A stretch of 64,000 nt of DNA from Spirochaetia bacterium (lineage in GTDB: Bacteria; Spirochaetota; Spirochaetia; WTKD01; G963693115), in the NCBI GenBank assembly GCA_965216965.1, contig CBDCGX010000050.1, positions 44,170 through 108,169 of the forward strand. Direction: 5' to 3'. The translations under genes and the position numbers were made by a program. The notes under the pieces are model-generated. The model saw nothing but the letters and a program-made list of their open reading frames with translations, was not told the DNA's origin and did no database searches. Below are positions 60,972 to 64,000 of the stretch, one piece after another; position 1 is the stretch's first letter; every line of letters begins with the position of its first letter.

Positions 60972-62018
60972 ATGAAAAAGCGAGACAAATTATTCTTAGT
61001 AAAAATCATCACAGGGCTTATACTGATAGTAATAGTTCTCACATGGAATACAATAACTCTTATAACATCCTTAACAAAACAAAAAAACACAACAACCACT
61101 AGAAAGGTACAATTACTTCTTGATTGGAGTCCCAATACAAACCATATAGGTGCCTATGTAGCAAGAGATAAAGGGCTTTTTAAAAACCGTAACCTCTCTG
61201 TTTCTATCTTACAAAACACTTCTCAATCTGTTGAGATACTTGTTGGAAGCAATAAAGCAGAATTTGGCTATTCATATCAAGATAGTGTTATTTTTGCACG
61301 AGCAGCAAGGTCTAACATTCCTATCATAACAATAGCAGCAGTACTTCCTCACAATACTTCGGGATTTGCATCTCTTAAAAGCAAATCCATTCTAACTCCC
61401 AAAGACTTTGAGGGAAAAAGATATGGAGCATTTGGATCTCCTTTAGAGACACCTATACTAAAAACAGTCATGAATAGTTTTAATGCCAATGTAAATACGG
61501 TTATATTTATACAAGCTGGCGAGCTTAACTTCTTTGAAGCAATACAGAGAAATATTTATGACTTTGCATGGATATTTGAAGGATGGACAGGGATAGAAGC
61601 AAAAATAAAAAACACCCCTCTGATATATCAAAGTCTTATTAAACTTGATAAAACTTTAGATATGTACACTCCCGTCATTATAACATCAGAATACATGGTT
61701 AAAAACCACTCAGAGTTGGTTCAGGATTTTATAAGTGCTTTACAAGATGCATATCTCTGGTCTGCAAAAAACCCTAAAAATGCCGCAAAAATATTAATAA
61801 ACGCCGAGCCTGCACTCAATACAAAACTCATTGAAAAAAGCATGGAATATCTTGCTCCTAAATTTATGGAAGAAGTAAGTAAAACTCAACCATGGGGGTT
61901 TATATCTAACAAACAATGGTCTCAATATAGGCAATGGCTACACAAGAACTTTCTCATTCCGAAAGCATATAAAGGAGAAAATGAATTTACAAATAGATTT
62001 GTGCTTCGGAAGAAATAA
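60972..62018 (+). CDS. thiY: NMT1/THI5-like substrate-binding protein (ThiY-like HMP or thiamine-precursor binding).
   Basis: KVQLLLDWSPNTNHIGAYVARDKGLFKNRNLSVSIL matches the NMT1/ThiY N-terminal signature. N-terminal membrane anchor. Confidence 0.65.
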   Translation: MKKRDKLFLVKIITGLILIVIVLTWNTITLITSLTKQKNTTTTRKVQLLLDWSPNTNHIGAYVARDKGLFKNRNLSVSILQNTSQSVEILVGSNKAEFGYSYQDSVIFARAARSNIPIITIAAVLPHNTSGFASLKSKSILTPKDFEGKRYGAFGSPLETPILKTVMNSFNANVNTVIFIQAGELNFFEAIQRNIYDFAWIFEGWTGIEAKIKNTPLIYQSLIKLDKTLDMYTPVIITSEYMVKNHSELVQDFISALQDAYLWSAKNPKNAAKILINAEPALNTKLIEKSMEYLAPKFMEEVSKTQPWGFISNKQWSQYRQWLHKNFLIPKAYKGENEFTNRFVLRKK

Positions 62019-62022
62019 TATA

Positions 62023-62730
62023 ATGCTTGTACTTAACCATATAACCGTAGCATATAAAAACAAAATAATTCTCCATGATATTTCCTTTTCTCTTCCAAAG
62101 AAAAAAACACTTTGCATATTAGGAAAAAGTGGTTGTGGAAAAAGCACACTTTTATCTGTTATAGCTGGACTTCTTTGCCCCACAAAAGGGAATATTACTG
62201 TAGGAAATAAAGACGTAACAAATAAACGTGGGCATGCAAGCTTTATGCAACAGAATGATCTGTTGTTCCCTCATCTCACTATCATCGATAATGTTGCTCT
62301 TCCACTACGAATACAACACATGAGTAAAACCAATGCACGAGCAATAGCATTTAAATTATTAAAAAGATTCTCGCTTGATTCTGTTGCATTATCATATCCC
62401 ATAACACTTTCGGGGGGAATGAAACAACGAATTGCTCTTATGCGATCTTACGCTTATTCTTCAAACCTTCTTTTACTTGACGAACCTTTTGCCCGTCTTG
62501 ATGCCATTACAAAACTCCAATGTAGAGAATGGTGTAAAAATGTATGGAATAACCTTTCGGCATCAATTGTAATGGTAACGCACGATATAGATGAAGCTCT
62601 TGAAGTATCAGACTTTATTGCAATACTTGCAAAAGAACCGGCACGATTTGTGCTTTTTATTAGCACTCCTCGTTACAAAAAACAAAACACTTGTAAAATG
62701 AAAAAAGATTTACTACAATACTTAACGTAG
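62023..62730 (+). CDS. thiZ: ABC transporter ATP-binding protein (ThiZ-like).
   Basis: Walker A GKSGCGKSTLLSV, signature LSGGMKQRIALMRS, Walker B LLLDEPFARLD. The start is at the internal ATG at 62023, after the thiY stop. Confidence 0.7.
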   Translation: MLVLNHITVAYKNKIILHDISFSLPKKKTLCILGKSGCGKSTLLSVIAGLLCPTKGNITVGNKDVTNKRGHASFMQQNDLLFPHLTIIDNVALPLRIQHMSKTNARAIAFKLLKRFSLDSVALSYPITLSGGMKQRIALMRSYAYSSNLLLLDEPFARLDAITKLQCREWCKNVWNNLSASIVMVTHDIDEALEVSDFIAILAKEPARFVLFISTPRYKKQNTCKMKKDLLQYLT

Positions 62731-64000
62731 TGAAAAAAACTGTTCTTATTACCTATATAATATTATTTCTCAGTGTTATGGTAATTTCTTCTTGTTCTGC
62801 AAAAAGAAATCTGAGTATTAAAAAAAATGCTTAACAATACAATCCGTATTTCTCTTAGTGGGAATCCAACCACTCTTGATGTACAAAAAACTCCTGCAAC
62901 AATAACTGCACAAGTAAGTAGAAATATATACGATACGCTCATTGATTCTGATCTCAGCCCCCTCCTTGCACAATCATGGACTGTTTCAAAAGATGCAACA
63001 ACATGGACATTCACATTAAGGGAAAACGTATATTTCCACGATGGAAGTCTTCTTACTGCAGATGATGTAGTCGCAAGCATAAAACGAATTCAAGATCCTA
63101 GTACTTCTTCTCCCTTTGTAAAAGACACATATCTTATCAAAGAAATAAAAGCAAGTGATACGTATACTGTTACAATATTGCTAACTATTCCCTACCCTCC
63201 TTTTTTATATTTGCTCGCAGACACTAAATTTTCAATACTTTCTAAAAAACATATAGAGCAAAAACACGACTTTGATAGAGAACCAATAGGCACTGGTCCT
63301 TTTGCGTTTATATCATGGGTAGATAATTCTGTTATATCTCTTAAGAAGAATAATAATTATTATCTTCCTGTCTTGCCAGAATATGTAGACTTTATAATAA
63401 TCCCAGATGCCCCAGCTCAGGTACAAGCAATACTACGAGGAGAGCTTGATATTCTTCCCTATGTTATAAACCCTGAACTTTCGCAACTAAGAATAACTCC
63501 ACACATAAAGGTGTTGGAACAACCAAACTCAACAATACTTGTACTGGCAATGAATCTTCAAAAAGCCCCTTTTAATAATCTTTCTTTTAGAAAAGCTCTC
63601 ACAGAATCTATAGACAAGGAAGCAGTACTTTCCACTGCATATGGCGGAGGAAAAGTCACAAATACATTCTGGCACAGTGCTTCTCCTTTCTATATTAGCA
63701 TCCCCTCAATATATAACCCCCAAGCGGCAAAAAGATATTTCTCTAAAAATCCGCCTTCACGAGAACTTACCATAACTATTCCACAAATGTATGAACCACA
63801 CGTTCGTGCAGGTCAACTGTATCAGCAAATGCTATTGAAAGTGGGAGTGAAAACAAAAATAGAGCGCGTTGACTGGGCAACATGGCTTAGTCGTGTGTAT
63901 AAAAAAAGAGAATTTGATATGACTATTATAGGACATACGGGAAAACTTTTTCCTTCTCAACGACTTAACGCATATGGGAATGGAGAAAATTACATAGGAT
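62730..64000 (+). pseudogene. Family-5 (Opp/Dpp/Nik-type) substrate-binding lipoprotein gene. The signal peptide is out of frame with the mature domain at an (A)8 tract. The 3' end is partial at the window edge.
   Basis: The frame from GTG 62730 encodes VKKTVLITYIILFLSVMVISSCSAKRNLSIKKNA* (lipobox). The frame from ATG 62827 encodes MLNNTIRISLSGNPTTLDVQK... (the SBP_bac_5 xLRIAL-PTTLDP start) through to the window end. The two are offset by +1 at the A-run 62820-62827. Confidence 0.65.

Noticed and set aside
62763-63080. 105-aa minus-strand ORF downstream of thiZ.
   Set aside because: Antisense to the much longer SBP5 coding frame, which has strong family-specific motifs.

Overview
AT-rich chromosomal segment (about one-third GC by eye) with a spirochaete-like, probably Treponema-like, gene set. 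It carries a V/A-type ATPase operon, an archaeal/eukaryote-type ProRS, BspA-type LRR surface proteins, FlaA-like and FliG-like proteins, and the ribosomal protein genes rpmB and rpmG.

Most of the window is housekeeping (left to right):
- partial uvrA
- seven-gene V-type ATPase operon (atpE-DUF-atpA-atpB-atpD-atpI-atpK)
- fructosamine-kinase-family gene
- tRNA-Met
- glucokinase
- Cof-type HAD phosphatase
- kdgK-eda pair
- TatD
- AddA/AddB-like helicase-nuclease pair
- IMPase-family gene
- HxGH nucleotidyltransferase
- rhomboid protease
- rpmB-rpmG
- MFP-RND-OMF tripartite efflux operon
- ribA
- efp
- glnA
- proS
- pepD
- LMW protein-tyrosine phosphatase
- flavodoxin-like NAD(P)H oxidoreductase
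- TPP riboswitch controlling a ThiXYZ-type (NMT1/THI5-like SBP) ABC transporter

Several accessory or decaying stretches are interleaved:
- a family of BspA-type LRR lipoproteins (two intact, one degraded copy next to a (TAT)12 microsatellite)
- a tandem pair of secreted paralogs that may be FlaA-like
- a frameshifted GT4 glycosyltransferase
- a lipoprotein gene with an (A)10 tract in its 5' coding end
- a family-5 SBP lipoprotein gene interrupted at an (A)8 tract
- an SDR fragment and a cupin gene next to kdgK-eda
- an orphan OppB-like permease
- an 820-bp ORF-free region
- an uncharacterised 542-aa protein paired with a putative outer-membrane beta-barrel

No CRISPR array, integrase or transposase was recognised. 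The strongest candidate for an undescribed system is the tightly linked pair at 50851-54292 (uncharacterised cytoplasmic protein plus putative outer-membrane beta-barrel). All identifications rest on motif-level reading of the translations and need homology searches to confirm.
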